Positions 29,303-39,438 are shown, counted from the stretch's first letter. The stretch is DNA of 64,000 bases from Candidatus Heimdallarchaeum endolithica (GCA_021513715.1 CP084167.1:3168001-3232000); one strand, 5' to 3'. Notes: a model not told the origin generated them from the letters alone. Numbers and translations are program-made.

Positions 29303-30291
29303 TTACCACCAAGAGATAAGTGGTTTATATTCTGTTTCTCCCAAGAAATGTTTACAAAGTTTATATAATTCAAGTCTTATCAACCTTTTGTAGCTCACAC
29401 TTCTTTTTAGCTCTTTGTGTCTTATTCTTGTTTTTAATTTTTGATCCCAGAGTTCAATGAATTTTCTTTTTCCTGTTTCTGTTAGCAATAAGTTTCCTAT
29501 TTTTCCTTCAAAATCCTTATTGTTGAGTATCTTCTTATTTACCAAAGTTAATATCACCCTATCTGATAATATGGGTTTAAAGATCTCACTCACATCGAGA
29601 GCAAGAGAAAATCTTCTTTCAAAAGGTTCATGTAAATATGAAATTGTAGGATTCAGCTGTGTATTGTATATCTCAGAGAGTATGGTGGTATACAAAAGCG
29701 AATTACCAAAACTAATCAAAGCGTTCATTTTGTTTGTAGGAGGCCTTCTTTCTCTTTTCATCATCTTATATTCTTTAGGAACAATTTGATCTATAGCCAT
29801 GTAATACTGATTTCGAATACTACCTTCTAGCCCCATTATTTTTTTAATATTTAATATTTCTTGAATTTTTTTTTTGTATTTTCTTCTATTTTTGAAATAA
29901 TCTCGCCAATTATTGAATCTTTTCTTCTACTTTTTAAGGTTTTAATTATATTCAACGCTGAACCCTCTACAAACTTTTGAGCTAATTTCAATCTTTTTGG
30001 GTAGGACAGATAATGTGCTGACTGTTTTACGACCATTTCTCCGCTAACCAATGTTTCTCTGGGAAATAATGTACTTTTATACCAACCATAATGATCAAAA
30101 AAGTGCACTGGTATCCCTTTTTTTCCAAGAAACAGTATTACTCCTCCAGATAGAGAAAGGTTTCCATAAGCATAGATCGCATTTATTCTTTCAACAGGTA
30201 AAGCTCTTTTTACATCTTTACAATGGAAGTATAATGTATTTTCTTTTCTGTATAGGACTCCATCTTTCACAATATAAAATTCCTTCTTCAT
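29303..30291 (-). pseudogene. cas1: Cas1 (type I-B) split by a frameshift in an A10 run
   Basis: N-terminal half ([15 protein letters not shown]) and C-terminal half ([35 protein letters not shown]) join in frame if one A is added at 29866-29875. Confidence 0.9.
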
Positions 30292-30822
30292 CTAAACCAC
30301 ATAACAAAAATCCTTGTATGCACATTTTGTGCATCTTGATGTTTTGATATTTTTTGGGAGTGAACCTTCAATTATTTTTTCAATTTTGTCTAAAATTAGA
30401 AGAATTTCTTTTTTATTTTCTTCTGTTAGAACTATATGTTTCTTTTTATTCTCTTTAGAATAACGAATTTCTCCTTCTGCATTTACTCCAAATTCGCTTA
30501 AAAAGTAGAGATAATACAACATTTGGTAATGGTCTGCTTTTTCGTTTTTACTAGATTTTTTTACTTCATTGAGAATTAATTTGTCTTTTCTATTAATAAA
30601 ATCAATGTTTATTGTATCTAAAATTGTTATATCTTTTTTAGTTTTAGAGTAAGATTCTTCATGTATTTGCTTTCCAATTAAAACATGTTCATTTTCATTT
30701 TCCAATTGAATATTCCTTGCAAACAGCCATAGCTTCCTTTTACAAATGAAATAATATGATACCATTACTCCAGTTATCTTTTTTAATTTTTCAAACAAAT
30801 TATTCATCACGATCACTTTCAA
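30292..30822 (-). CDS. cas4: Cas4 nuclease
   Basis: YYFICKRKLW, GKQIHE, IDF...EVKKS, QMLYY and CTKCAYKDFC motifs. Confidence 0.95.
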   Translation of the reverse strand: MKVIVMNNLFEKLKKITGVMVSYYFICKRKLWLFARNIQLENENEHVLIGKQIHEESYSKTKKDITILDTINIDFINRKDKLILNEVKKSSKNEKADHYQMLYYLYFLSEFGVNAEGEIRYSKENKKKHIVLTEENKKEILLILDKIEKIIEGSLPKNIKTSRCTKCAYKDFCYVV

Positions 30823-33656
30823 ATTATAAAACTCTGTTCAAAAACTTCATTTAATTTCCTTATATCCAATCCCTCTTCATAAGAAAAATTGATTAAGTCT
30901 AGAAATTCTTTGTTTACTTTGATGTATCCGCTTAATTCTTCAAATTCTCCCGCTATGACCTTTTCTCTGATTAGATCAATTAAAGGATTACTCTTTGAAT
31001 CCATTTGTACATATCTATTTGAAAGCGAGACTGTAAACTTGTTTAAATATTTCTGCAACTTTCTTATTTCGATATATCTCTCATTTTTATTTTGATTATT
31101 AACAGCAATTTGTATAAACTTTTCCCATACTTTTTTTCCATAGATATTTGAACCTTTAGCAATCTCGTTTTTCTCTAGATACTCTTTTTCACTTTCAGAT
31201 TGTAAATTCTGGTTAATTTTTAATGTTGTAGGTAAAAAGATGCTAATAGAGTCACTGTTAATTAATCTTATCTTTTCTAAATCTTCAAATTTTAAATATT
31301 TCATTGGTTCGCTTATTTTAGATGTTGTTAGCGCATACTCACTTTCTTCTTTCTTTTTATACTCAATGACATATTTGTAGAACTCGTCAAATCTTTTTTC
31401 TTTGATAAATTCGTCTAATTCTTCTTTTCTATTTTCTTGGACTTTAAACCTTGTATCTACACCATAGATCATTTCAGCGGTTTCCATATTATAGACATAG
31501 AGTATACTCTCTTCTTTACTTCTCTTGTTTTCTCGATTGATCCTTCCAGCTATTTGCTCTATTGAATCAAGTATTGCATATTCTCTAAATCCGAAATCAC
31601 AGTCAATGTCCACTCCAGCTTCTACAGATTGAGTAGACACTAGAACAATATTCTTTGCATGTGTTTCCTGATTCATTAATTGAATGATCTCTTTTCTCCT
31701 GTCTGGAAGAATAGTCGAATTCAACAAGTACAATTCAAAATTGTTTTCATCCAGATTGTTTTTTAGGAACTGAAAGATCTCTATGGAGTTTCGTATTGTA
31801 TTAGTCACACAAAGAATTTTTTTCTTTTGTTCTTTACTACAATTTTCATATATTTTCTCAATGAAAAAGTCTAAAGAATCAATTTCTTTAATGTTAAAAC
31901 TCAGAGTGTTTCGTAGGAATAACTTGCTTTTAAAATACATTTCATGATTTTTTAAAAGAACTGAACATTTGTTCCTTTGTTCATTGTTAAGAAATAGAGA
32001 TAAATCAGGAAGTGTTGCACTCATTAAAATAAAGTACATATTATAATTTTCTGCTAACTCCCCTATTAGATTAATAAAAGCATTCCAAAGATTTACAGGT
32101 ATTGATTGTACTTCATCCATGATAATAATACTGTTAACAAAATTGTGCAGTTTTATATTAGCTTTTCTGGAATTTCTGAAGAAAGTTTCAATAAAGTTAA
32201 CACTACTAATGATATTGATCTGATTGTTCAGAAACATCTGATTAAGAAGAATTTTAGACTCTTCAAACTCTTCCGTGGTAAAATCCCATTCTAAGAGTGA
32301 ATAGATCTCTGAAATTGAAATATGATCATTTTCACTAGAGAGTGTTTCTCCAATGACTTTTGCATTTTGTTCTATAATGTTAATGAAGGGAAAAACATAG
32401 TTGATTCGTTGTAGATTTTTTGAATGTTGGCTGTTCAGAATGTCTAGTGCCAGTTTGATTGATATATTTGTTTTTCCGCTTCCTGTTGGGGATCTAAGAA
32501 AGAAAATTCGTTTTGTTTCAGTCTTTAACTCTTTTTCTAGAGTAATTGCACATTCAATCAAAATTCTTGTTCGTAATTCATTTATATCTTCGATAGAGTT
32601 AATGTCTTTCTTTAACAGTTCATCAGCTAAAGTTTTATTTTTAATTTGTTGATTAAATATCCTGTTATTAAAAAAGTTAGAAATCAAGTTTTTTTTGCAT
32701 TTTTCATCAATTACATTAAACTCAAGTTCACTTATATCCCAATTATTTGTAAAAGAAGCTGTAGCATAGCTATCGGCTGAAGTTAAAAGAGAAAACATGA
32801 GTTTATAAAAATGAAATAGGGTATTTCCACTTTGTAATTTTTCCAAAGTAAATTTTCTTATCTTTGGATTATCGCAATATCTTCTGAAAAGATTTAGGTT
32901 ATCATCTGATATTTCAATCAGTGTGCATTTTTTTATAAAGTTTAAGTTTCTTTCTTCTAGTAGTTTTTTTTCTCTCTCATCTAAATACGTGTCTATATTT
33001 TTTAATCTAGAATGATGTCTATTTACACTACTATTGAGAACTAGACTTAAGAAAAACAATTGAAAAGTTAAAAGAAGAATCTTTTTTTCTTTTTCATTTT
33101 CTTTTTCTTGCTGTAGCCCATTTATAATGTTAAAGGTTTCTTGTATACTAACATAGTCCAAAAATATCTGCCCAAACTCACTATGATTTTTTGAATTACC
33201 AAAGAAATTTTCAATTGTTTCCTTTACTTTTTGATCCAATTGCTGAAATGAAGGATTTAATTTTAACACTCTTCTTTGATAGTTTGGGTTTATTTTTCCA
33301 AAGTCGTGAAAATAGATTATTCTTGTAATATTTGTTTTTATGAAATTTCCAAACTCTTTTAAAGAGAGAAGATCATGATCTATATCTAATTCATTGTAAA
33401 TTTTTATTATCATATTTTCAAAAATATCTTTTAGTTTATACTCCTTAACAATCTTTTCAAAAATTTTTGATGTAAGTTCAGAGTGTTGAGATAAACTCTC
33501 GATTTCTCCTGTTGGAGACGTGTGAGCTTTTATTGAACTTTCAACAAATTTGGAAAATTCTTCTACAAGAAATTTATTGTAACTAATTTCATCTAAAATG
33601 TTAAAATAGAAAAATTGTTTCTCCATTTTCATCACTAACAAGAATATATTCATCAT
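30819..33656 (-). CDS. cas3: Cas3 HD nuclease-helicase (true start probably 33632 or 33626)
   Basis: HDFGK, HH, SAD, PTGSGKT, DEVQ, MSAT, STQSVEAGVDID and QIAGRINR motifs. Confidence 0.95.
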   Translation of the reverse strand: MMNIFLLVMKMEKQFFYFNILDEISYNKFLVEEFSKFVESSIKAHTSPTGEIESLSQHSELTSKIFEKIVKEYKLKDIFENMIIKIYNELDIDHDLLSLKEFGNFIKTNITRIIYFHDFGKINPNYQRRVLKLNPSFQQLDQKVKETIENFFGNSKNHSEFGQIFLDYVSIQETFNIINGLQQEKENEKEKKILLLTFQLFFLSLVLNSSVNRHHSRLKNIDTYLDEREKKLLEERNLNFIKKCTLIEISDDNLNLFRRYCDNPKIRKFTLEKLQSGNTLFHFYKLMFSLLTSADSYATASFTNNWDISELEFNVIDEKCKKNLISNFFNNRIFNQQIKNKTLADELLKKDINSIEDINELRTRILIECAITLEKELKTETKRIFFLRSPTGSGKTNISIKLALDILNSQHSKNLQRINYVFPFINIIEQNAKVIGETLSSENDHISISEIYSLLEWDFTTEEFEESKILLNQMFLNNQINIISSVNFIETFFRNSRKANIKLHNFVNSIIIMDEVQSIPVNLWNAFINLIGELAENYNMYFILMSATLPDLSLFLNNEQRNKCSVLLKNHEMYFKSKLFLRNTLSFNIKEIDSLDFFIEKIYENCSKEQKKKILCVTNTIRNSIEIFQFLKNNLDENNFELYLLNSTILPDRRKEIIQLMNQETHAKNIVLVSTQSVEAGVDIDCDFGFREYAILDSIEQIAGRINRENKRSKEESILYVYNMETAEMIYGVDTRFKVQENRKEELDEFIKEKRFDEFYKYVIEYKKKEESEYALTTSKISEPMKYLKFEDLEKIRLINSDSISIFLPTTLKINQNLQSESEKEYLEKNEIAKGSNIYGKKVWEKFIQIAVNNQNKNERYIEIRKLQKYLNKFTVSLSNRYVQMDSKSNPLIDLIREKVIAGEFEELSGYIKVNKEFLDLINFSYEEGLDIRKLNEVFEQSFII

Positions 33657-34395
33657 TTACTGTTTTTTTAACCAAAAATTCAGAGTTTGAAAATACAACT
33701 GTTTTAAAAATATATTGATTATCTTTTAAACCAATTGGATAATTTTGATAGAAGAAAAAGTCTAAATTAGCATCTACAACAAGATCTATTTCATCCTTGG
33801 CTAGAATGTCATTAAAAACGATTGTTTTAAATTTAGTTTCTATTTTGTCAGTGATTTCTCTGTATTCATACTCTCCTTCGTAAATAATATTTAGTGGAAA
33901 TTCGTTTTTGCCCATATAAGGCATGAAATATGCTCGATTTTCTTGTAAATTCTTCTTTAGTTGAGCAAAAATGCTATCTTGAACAGTACCTTTTTCTAAA
34001 TAAATTCGATAAGCTGGATTAATAAGAATTTGTTCATTTACAATTAAATTTCCTCCTGGTTCATAACTTCCATAACCATGATAGTTATTAAACTGAATGA
34101 ATTCTTTTCTAAAAGGTAAATAATTATTCTCAAAATCAGATTTTTTATATGGTGGAATAGAACCATTTTTAAGTTTTAAAGGGGTCACTCCAATTCTAAT
34201 ACCAGAAAGTTTAGCTATGAACTCTGGATTTTCCTTTTTTTTCCGATAACCTTCAAGACCTATAAGCGCTCCAAGAATTCCTAACACAGATGGTTTTGGA
34301 ATAAGATCATAAGTCAACTTTGTTTCAGTAATATCTGGTTTACTAAAGATACCAAAGTCAGAAAAAATAATGAAGGACAAAAGATTTCTCTTCAT
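33601..34395 (-). CDS. cas5: Cas5 (type I-B)
   Basis: FGIFSKPD...TYDLIPKPSVLGILGALIG and PYMGKNEF motifs. Confidence 0.9.
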   Translation of the reverse strand: MKRNLLSFIIFSDFGIFSKPDITETKLTYDLIPKPSVLGILGALIGLEGYRKKKENPEFIAKLSGIRIGVTPLKLKNGSIPPYKKSDFENNYLPFRKEFIQFNNYHGYGSYEPGGNLIVNEQILINPAYRIYLEKGTVQDSIFAQLKKNLQENRAYFMPYMGKNEFPLNIIYEGEYEYREITDKIETKFKTIVFNDILAKDEIDLVVDANLDFFFYQNYPIGLKDNQYIFKTVVFSNSEFLVKKTVNDEYILVSDENGETIFLF

Positions 34396-34403
34396 ATCCT
34401 CAC

Positions 34404-35438
34404 CTAGCTATTTAGATTGTGTCCAGTTAAGAGATTTTTTAACTCAAGCGTAATATGCTCTGTTTCCTCGCTTATTCTTCCTTTTTCGATTTCTGTTTTA
34501 GCAGGGTCGAAATAAACTTCAATTTTTATTGTATTATTGGGAGATAATGCTTTTTTATTTTCTTTAATGTAATCCAATAGTCTGTTTATTTTTATTCTAG
34601 TTTTTCCATTTTCTTTTGTATTTTCAAAATCTATAAAGTGTTTAAGATTTTGAAGGCATATTGGTTCATCATATTCAATGTAGATGAAACACTCCGTCTC
34701 TGAGCCGATTTTTGTTGTTGAATTAACATTGTGTACACCTAATCTTGCTGCTTCTTTGAATATATTTACGTCTGAATTAGATAAAAGGTATTGTTCTTTT
34801 TCTTCTAATTTTTGAAGAATAAAATTTGACTTCAGAGTATTAGGATTTACTATGAAATCAAATATGTAATGTATCTCTAGTGCTTTTGATTCTTCTCCTA
34901 TAGTTGTGTGTTTTGCTTGTTGTTTCTCTTTGTCGTCTCTATATGGAGATAATATTTGGTTTATGTAATGAACATTTTCTTCAATTGCGTTGATTCCATA
35001 AGAAATTTGTATTGGTCCTGTTATCGACAAACTTGATAGATTACTATTACTTTTTGGTGTAAAAGTTACTCCAAACATTCTTACGTCGATGCAAGAAAGC
35101 AAGTTTTTTACTATCTTTTTATAATCTTCTTTTCCATTTTTCTTAGATGAATTAAATAATGCATAGTAATTTTCCTCTATGGTCATTGGATCTAGGTTAT
35201 CATTCCTTCTTCTCCAAACGAAAATCTTAGAACTAGGTTCATTGTCCAATATATATTTTCTGATACAATATTTCAGTGATTTATCCGTAGCATAAATAGT
35301 CCCTTTTTCATCCGGAAGTCTTCTTGGTGTTCCCGAAAAGTCAGCATTAAAATTACTATTTACTGACTTTACTATAATTAAGCCACTTGCATGCTTCTCA
35401 AAAAGATTATTTTTTGTATAGTTTTGATTTTCTGTCAT
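34404..35438 (-). CDS. cas7: Cas7 (type I-B, Csh2-like)
   Basis: NFNADFSGTPRR, ATDKSLKYCIR, IDVRMFG and ITGPIQI motifs. Confidence 0.9.
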   Translation of the reverse strand: MTENQNYTKNNLFEKHASGLIIVKSVNSNFNADFSGTPRRLPDEKGTIYATDKSLKYCIRKYILDNEPSSKIFVWRRRNDNLDPMTIEENYYALFNSSKKNGKEDYKKIVKNLLSCIDVRMFGVTFTPKSNSNLSSLSITGPIQISYGINAIEENVHYINQILSPYRDDKEKQQAKHTTIGEESKALEIHYIFDFIVNPNTLKSNFILQKLEEKEQYLLSNSDVNIFKEAARLGVHNVNSTTKIGSETECFIYIEYDEPICLQNLKHFIDFENTKENGKTRIKINRLLDYIKENKKALSPNNTIKIEVYFDPAKTEIEKGRISEETEHITLELKNLLTGHNLNS

Positions 35439-35830
35439 TTTGTATCCTCCTTTTCCATAAAAAATATATTTTTATCAAAAAATCCAACGTAGAAACTTAT
35501 TTTAACTTCATTAAAAGGCTGTGAAAAGTTATTTGCCAAATAATTTAGTGTCTCAGCAAAAACTATATGTCTAAAATCCTTGTATTCAGAAATTTCATGA
35601 ATATACTTCTCTAAATATTTTTCTAGTACTATTCTCTTTAAGTTTGTAGGCGATTGTACTGAAACTAGAGGTGTTAATAATGTCATTTTTTTATTTCTAT
35701 CTACATTGGATTTATTGATTAAGTAGTAAACCATTTGCCCTAGATAATAGGCAAATTTTTCAGGAGAATCGATCTTAAAAGATTCTCCGTTAATTATTTT
35801 CTTTTTTTCTTTTCTTATTTCGTCTAACAT
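35435..35830 (-). CDS. Probable internally translated Cas11 small subunit (131 aa, in frame within cas8b)
   Basis: AGGTGAGATC-ATG at 35840-35828 uses the same RBS type as cas5 and iorB; starts MLDEIRKEKK. Confidence 0.65.
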   Translation of the reverse strand: MLDEIRKEKKKIINGESFKIDSPEKFAYYLGQMVYYLINKSNVDRNKKMTLLTPLVSVQSPTNLKRIVLEKYLEKYIHEISEYKDFRHIVFAETLNYLANNFSQPFNEVKISFYVGFFDKNIFFMEKEDTK

Positions 35831-37507
35831 GATCTCACCTTTTTTATTTTTTTTAATGAAATTATCATTTACGATACTATAAAGTTCAGCGTTAAGATAA
35901 AAATTTAAAATTTCATTCCGACTTATTGTTGAAGACTCTTTTGGAGTTTCACTGTTCATTATAAATTTAATTTCCAAAATTTTTGTTGTAATTTCAGCAA
36001 TATCGTTATCTGTTAAGCATATCTCACTTCTGTAAATCGTATCAAAAATTTTTTTTCTATATTTGTATATAAGGTATTTTTGATCTGTTATACCGCTTTT
36101 TTTCATTGTGTCTATATCTCCAAAGAAATTGATCTTAAGATCAAAAATTTTTCCTAATTTTTTTAACAAATCTTCTTTTCCAAATTTCTTAATAGAATTT
36201 GTTCCAAAATATTCAATATATTCTGAATTTCCGCTGAAGTATACACTGTAGTTAGTTATATAGTCAAAAAATATCAACTTCTTCTTATCTACTATGTGTA
36301 CTAATAATATATCGAATGAATTCAGATTACTGATATCTTGAATTCTCTTTATTGCCTGAAAAAAGAAATTCTTTTTATCTTTATCCTTCTTTTTTAATGA
36401 TTTAATAAACTCTATTTCTTTTTTGAGTAAACTTTCTTCGATGAAAAGTGGAAAGATATTTATCTTATTTTCTTTAAGAAAATAGAGAAAGTTATTAAAG
36501 TATTCTGTGCAATAAATACAAATTTTCAATGTATTTTCAATGTATCTATCAAATTTGATAGAGAAAGGTTTATCTGGATTAAATGTGGTATAATTTGAGA
36601 TATTTCCAATTTCTCCTTTTCTTCCACAAACAGGGCAAGTAGATTCAATAATTGTGTCTCTAGTAACAAACAGCTTAAGAATAATATATTGTTCAAAAAG
36701 CTCTTCTATAACTTGGTAGTTTTTATAGTTTAAGAAAACATACGCTTTTTCGCATAATCTTAACAATTTATTTTGTTTTTCTAGTAATTTGTACTCTTGT
36801 TCTGACACTTTATTTTTTATATTTTTTATGTACCTTTCACTTTTAATTTTCTTATATTCACTGTTTTTTAGTTTTGTTCCACCCAAAATATCCTTATTAT
36901 TTTTGTCTAGTAAACCAAATACCTTAAGCAATTCTCGATAAAACTGTTCATAAACTATTATAATTTTACTTTTTTCTTTATTTTTGTTTGAATTGATTAT
37001 CTCATTGATAAATTCCTTTGTTGTATCACTTTTGACTGCATCTAAAATTAATTCTAAGTGTTCATTTCTTAAGTTAAGTTTTGAGATTCTTTCTAAAGGC
37101 TTATTTTTTCCATTTTTATAAAGTGGTTTTCTGAATAAACTTTCTAGTTTAAAATGAAAAAATGAAAAAGTGTTTAATCCACTTGTACTTCCTATGTACT
37201 TTCTAGGGTCTGATATAGTAGAGGTATATTTTTTAAAATCTAGTACCTTTATTAATTCTTTTTCCTTTCTTAAAATACTAAAACCATCTACATTTGGCAA
37301 ATCTTTGACAAGTTCATCATTTTGATTGGTTATTACTCTAAAACCTTTATATGGATTTTCCAGATTCCAATCTACCTCAATGAGAAAAATAACAGGAAAT
37401 TGTTCTTTAATTAAGTCAATATCATAGTCTTCACTGACTACTAATTGTTGAGCGTTTTTTTCCATCATTTCAAATTCTTTCATGAAGTTGACTACCTCGA
37501 TTATCAT
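35435..37507 (-). CDS. cas8b: Cas8b large subunit
   Basis: Lies between cas6 and cas7; CPVC...CIYC Zn motif; C-terminal FAYYLGQMVYYL helical region. Confidence 0.75.
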   Translation of the reverse strand: MIIEVVNFMKEFEMMEKNAQQLVVSEDYDIDLIKEQFPVIFLIEVDWNLENPYKGFRVITNQNDELVKDLPNVDGFSILRKEKELIKVLDFKKYTSTISDPRKYIGSTSGLNTFSFFHFKLESLFRKPLYKNGKNKPLERISKLNLRNEHLELILDAVKSDTTKEFINEIINSNKNKEKSKIIIVYEQFYRELLKVFGLLDKNNKDILGGTKLKNSEYKKIKSERYIKNIKNKVSEQEYKLLEKQNKLLRLCEKAYVFLNYKNYQVIEELFEQYIILKLFVTRDTIIESTCPVCGRKGEIGNISNYTTFNPDKPFSIKFDRYIENTLKICIYCTEYFNNFLYFLKENKINIFPLFIEESLLKKEIEFIKSLKKKDKDKKNFFFQAIKRIQDISNLNSFDILLVHIVDKKKLIFFDYITNYSVYFSGNSEYIEYFGTNSIKKFGKEDLLKKLGKIFDLKINFFGDIDTMKKSGITDQKYLIYKYRKKIFDTIYRSEICLTDNDIAEITTKILEIKFIMNSETPKESSTISRNEILNFYLNAELYSIVNDNFIKKNKKGEIMLDEIRKEKKKIINGESFKIDSPEKFAYYLGQMVYYLINKSNVDRNKKMTLLTPLVSVQSPTNLKRIVLEKYLEKYIHEISEYKDFRHIVFAETLNYLANNFSQPFNEVKISFYVGFFDKNIFFMEKEDTK

Positions 37508-38223
37508 TCAACCACCTCAATACAACCAAATCCTAACCCCGTTTTCTCTCCAAGCCCCGTATTATATGCAAATTCTAACAATTCTTTACCAGCTTGGACA
37601 TCAAACGTCATTAAAGTACATCTCCTGTAACTATTTTTTATTAAAACCCTCATTAGTTTTAAAGTGTGAATTTTTGTTATTTCAAAGAAGTCTTGTTTTG
37701 GTTTTCTACCATAATATCTATAATATCTTTCTAACAAGTTTCTATGTAAATTTTCATTAAATTTTAGATCTTTTGGGGTGAGGTCATAAGGTTTTAACTT
37801 TCCTTCTTTGTTTTTTCTTAATGTCTTAGTATATACAGGAGAAAGTGTTCTTAACGTACATTCTGATTTTATATCTTCATTATCTTCAACTTTAATTCTT
37901 TTTACTATAAACTGCTGAGCTCCTAAATGAAATTTTAAATCTTTAAAAACACCTGTTGCTAATCCATCCAAAAAGTCGTTATCGATGGATACAAAGTAAA
38001 AGAAAGCTTCTTTAAAATATAATCCTTTTTTTGAGACCTGCTTTTTTTCTATTATTAGATTTGAAAAATTATAATATTTGAACTTTGTTTTTCTATGTAA
38101 TCTTTGTGATACTTCTTTCTTTGATTCACTGATTTTTCTTAATATTGCACTAGCTAACCAATGTTGATAATTAAAGTTTAATGGTCCATCAGTGACCTTT
38201 TCAACAAAGATTTTTAATCTCAT
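37504..38223 (-). CDS. cas6: Cas6 crRNA-processing endoribonuclease
   Basis: NYQH, FKYYNFS, TLSPV and C-terminal GLGEKTGLGFGCI motifs. Confidence 0.95.
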   Translation of the reverse strand: MRLKIFVEKVTDGPLNFNYQHWLASAILRKISESKKEVSQRLHRKTKFKYYNFSNLIIEKKQVSKKGLYFKEAFFYFVSIDNDFLDGLATGVFKDLKFHLGAQQFIVKRIKVEDNEDIKSECTLRTLSPVYTKTLRKNKEGKLKPYDLTPKDLKFNENLHRNLLERYYRYYGRKPKQDFFEITKIHTLKLMRVLIKNSYRRCTLMTFDVQAGKELLEFAYNTGLGEKTGLGFGCIEVVE

Positions 38224-38388
38224 AATATCACATTTTCATCATATAATTGTCCTACACATATAAAAACGTTTCGCTTTTTTGCAACAATATGGTGTTATTG
38301 CAATTGTTCAACTTTTTTATAAACATCTTATATATCTTTGACATATTTTTACCAAAAGATTTATTTTAAATAAATAAAATTTTTTCAT
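38224..38388. promoter_or_regulatory. Divergent cas6/csa3 promoter region with inverted repeat TTGCAACAA-N7-TTATTGCAA (38279-38303) and TATA-like AGATGTTTATAAA (minus strand, 38328-38316)
   Basis: Both motifs are visible in the sequence; their roles are inferred. Confidence 0.55.
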
Positions 38389-39027
38389 GTGAAGACAATT
38401 ATAACTCCATCAGGATTTGCGTCAAAACCAATTATTTCGTTTATTGTTAAAGAAGGAATTAGTAAAGAAGATAGAATAATCATCATAAGGCCAAAAGAAG
38501 ATGAAATGCCTAGAGACGCAAAAGATACTCTCTCAGAAATTAAAAAATTTGTAAGCTTAATATCAGAAGATATTGAAATAGATCTTAAGTTTGTTGACAT
38601 TTCTGATTTTGATATTCTCCTAATTGATCTACTTGAAATATTCAAAAATATAAATGGAGAAGTTATTGTAAATACCTACGGAAGTGTTAGAGAGATTACA
38701 ATTGGTTTAACAATAATTAATCTTCTTTTTAAAAGAAACATCTCAAAAGTTTATCATTATTCCAGAATGGATGAAGAATGTTTTATTCTAAATTTACCTA
38801 CAATTGTTTTTCCTTTAGAAGGTATGGAAAAAAAAGTACTTGAATTGTTAGAGAGCTCTGTTATCAATGATTATAATAGTCTAGCTAGGGCTTTGAAAGT
38901 TTCAAAAAGTACGATTTCTAGAATAATTAATATTTTGAATGATAAGAAACTAGTTTCTGTAAAAGAAGCAGGAAAGAAAAAAATAATTGAACTATCTATT
39001 TCTGGAAGATTGTTAGCAAACCTTTGA
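38389..39027 (+). CDS. csa3: Csa3-type CARF-wHTH transcriptional regulator
   Basis: N-terminal TIITPSGF Rossmann-like start, VNTYGSVRE, C-terminal HTH LARALKVSKSTISRII; divergent from cas6. Confidence 0.8.
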   Translation: MKTIITPSGFASKPIISFIVKEGISKEDRIIIIRPKEDEMPRDAKDTLSEIKKFVSLISEDIEIDLKFVDISDFDILLIDLLEIFKNINGEVIVNTYGSVREITIGLTIINLLFKRNISKVYHYSRMDEECFILNLPTIVFPLEGMEKKVLELLESSVINDYNSLARALKVSKSTISRIINILNDKKLVSVKEAGKKKIIELSISGRLLANL

Positions 39028-39073
39028 TTAAATTTCTTTAGATGCTTTTAATTCTTATATTGTTTTGTATTAT

Positions 39074-39103
39074 TTTAGAATCAGACCATAGTGGGATTAA
39101 AAT
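39074..39103 (+). repeat. Solitary CRISPR repeat unit 1 (28/30 identical to the array repeat, opposite strand to the array)
   Basis: TTTAGAATCAGACCATAGTGGGATTAAAAT versus GTTAGAATCAGACCATAGTGGGATTGAAAT. Confidence 0.95.
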
Positions 39104-39144
39104 CAATAGCAACTCTTATTTGTTTTTAAGGAGATACATTTTTA

Positions 39145-39438
39145 ATGGAAGTAAAACAAACTATTGATGAGAGTGAAGGTTTAGCATATACTAAGGCTGC
39201 TAAATTAATAATTGATGCATATAATAAAGTCAGATCTGGAAAGTATACTAAATTTGGTTTTTTGGGATTGATTGAATATTGGCTTGATTTTACAGAAGTA
39301 ACTAATGAAGAAGATATCGAAATTGAGCAAATAATAACTGAAATACACTTAATTTCATATGAAGAAGATAGAAATATCAATGAGAGAGTTAAACAGATAG
39401 GTAAACTAATTCACCCCTTAAAAAAGCCTATAAGGTAG
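39145..39438 (+). CDS. Unknown 97-aa protein, paralog A
   Basis: RBS AAGGAGA; aligns full length with the ORF at 39533-39823. Confidence 0.8.
   Translation: MEVKQTIDESEGLAYTKAAKLIIDAYNKVRSGKYTKFGFLGLIEYWLDFTEVTNEEDIEIEQIITEIHLISYEEDRNINERVKQIGKLIHPLKKPIR

Noticed and set aside
39012-39033. GTTAGCAAACCTTTGATTAAAT as a degenerate first repeat making a CreA-like mini-array with solitary repeat 1
   Set aside because: Only 22 nt, mostly within the csa3 coding end. The intervening 40 nt look like a promoter and I found no target. Not fully excluded.
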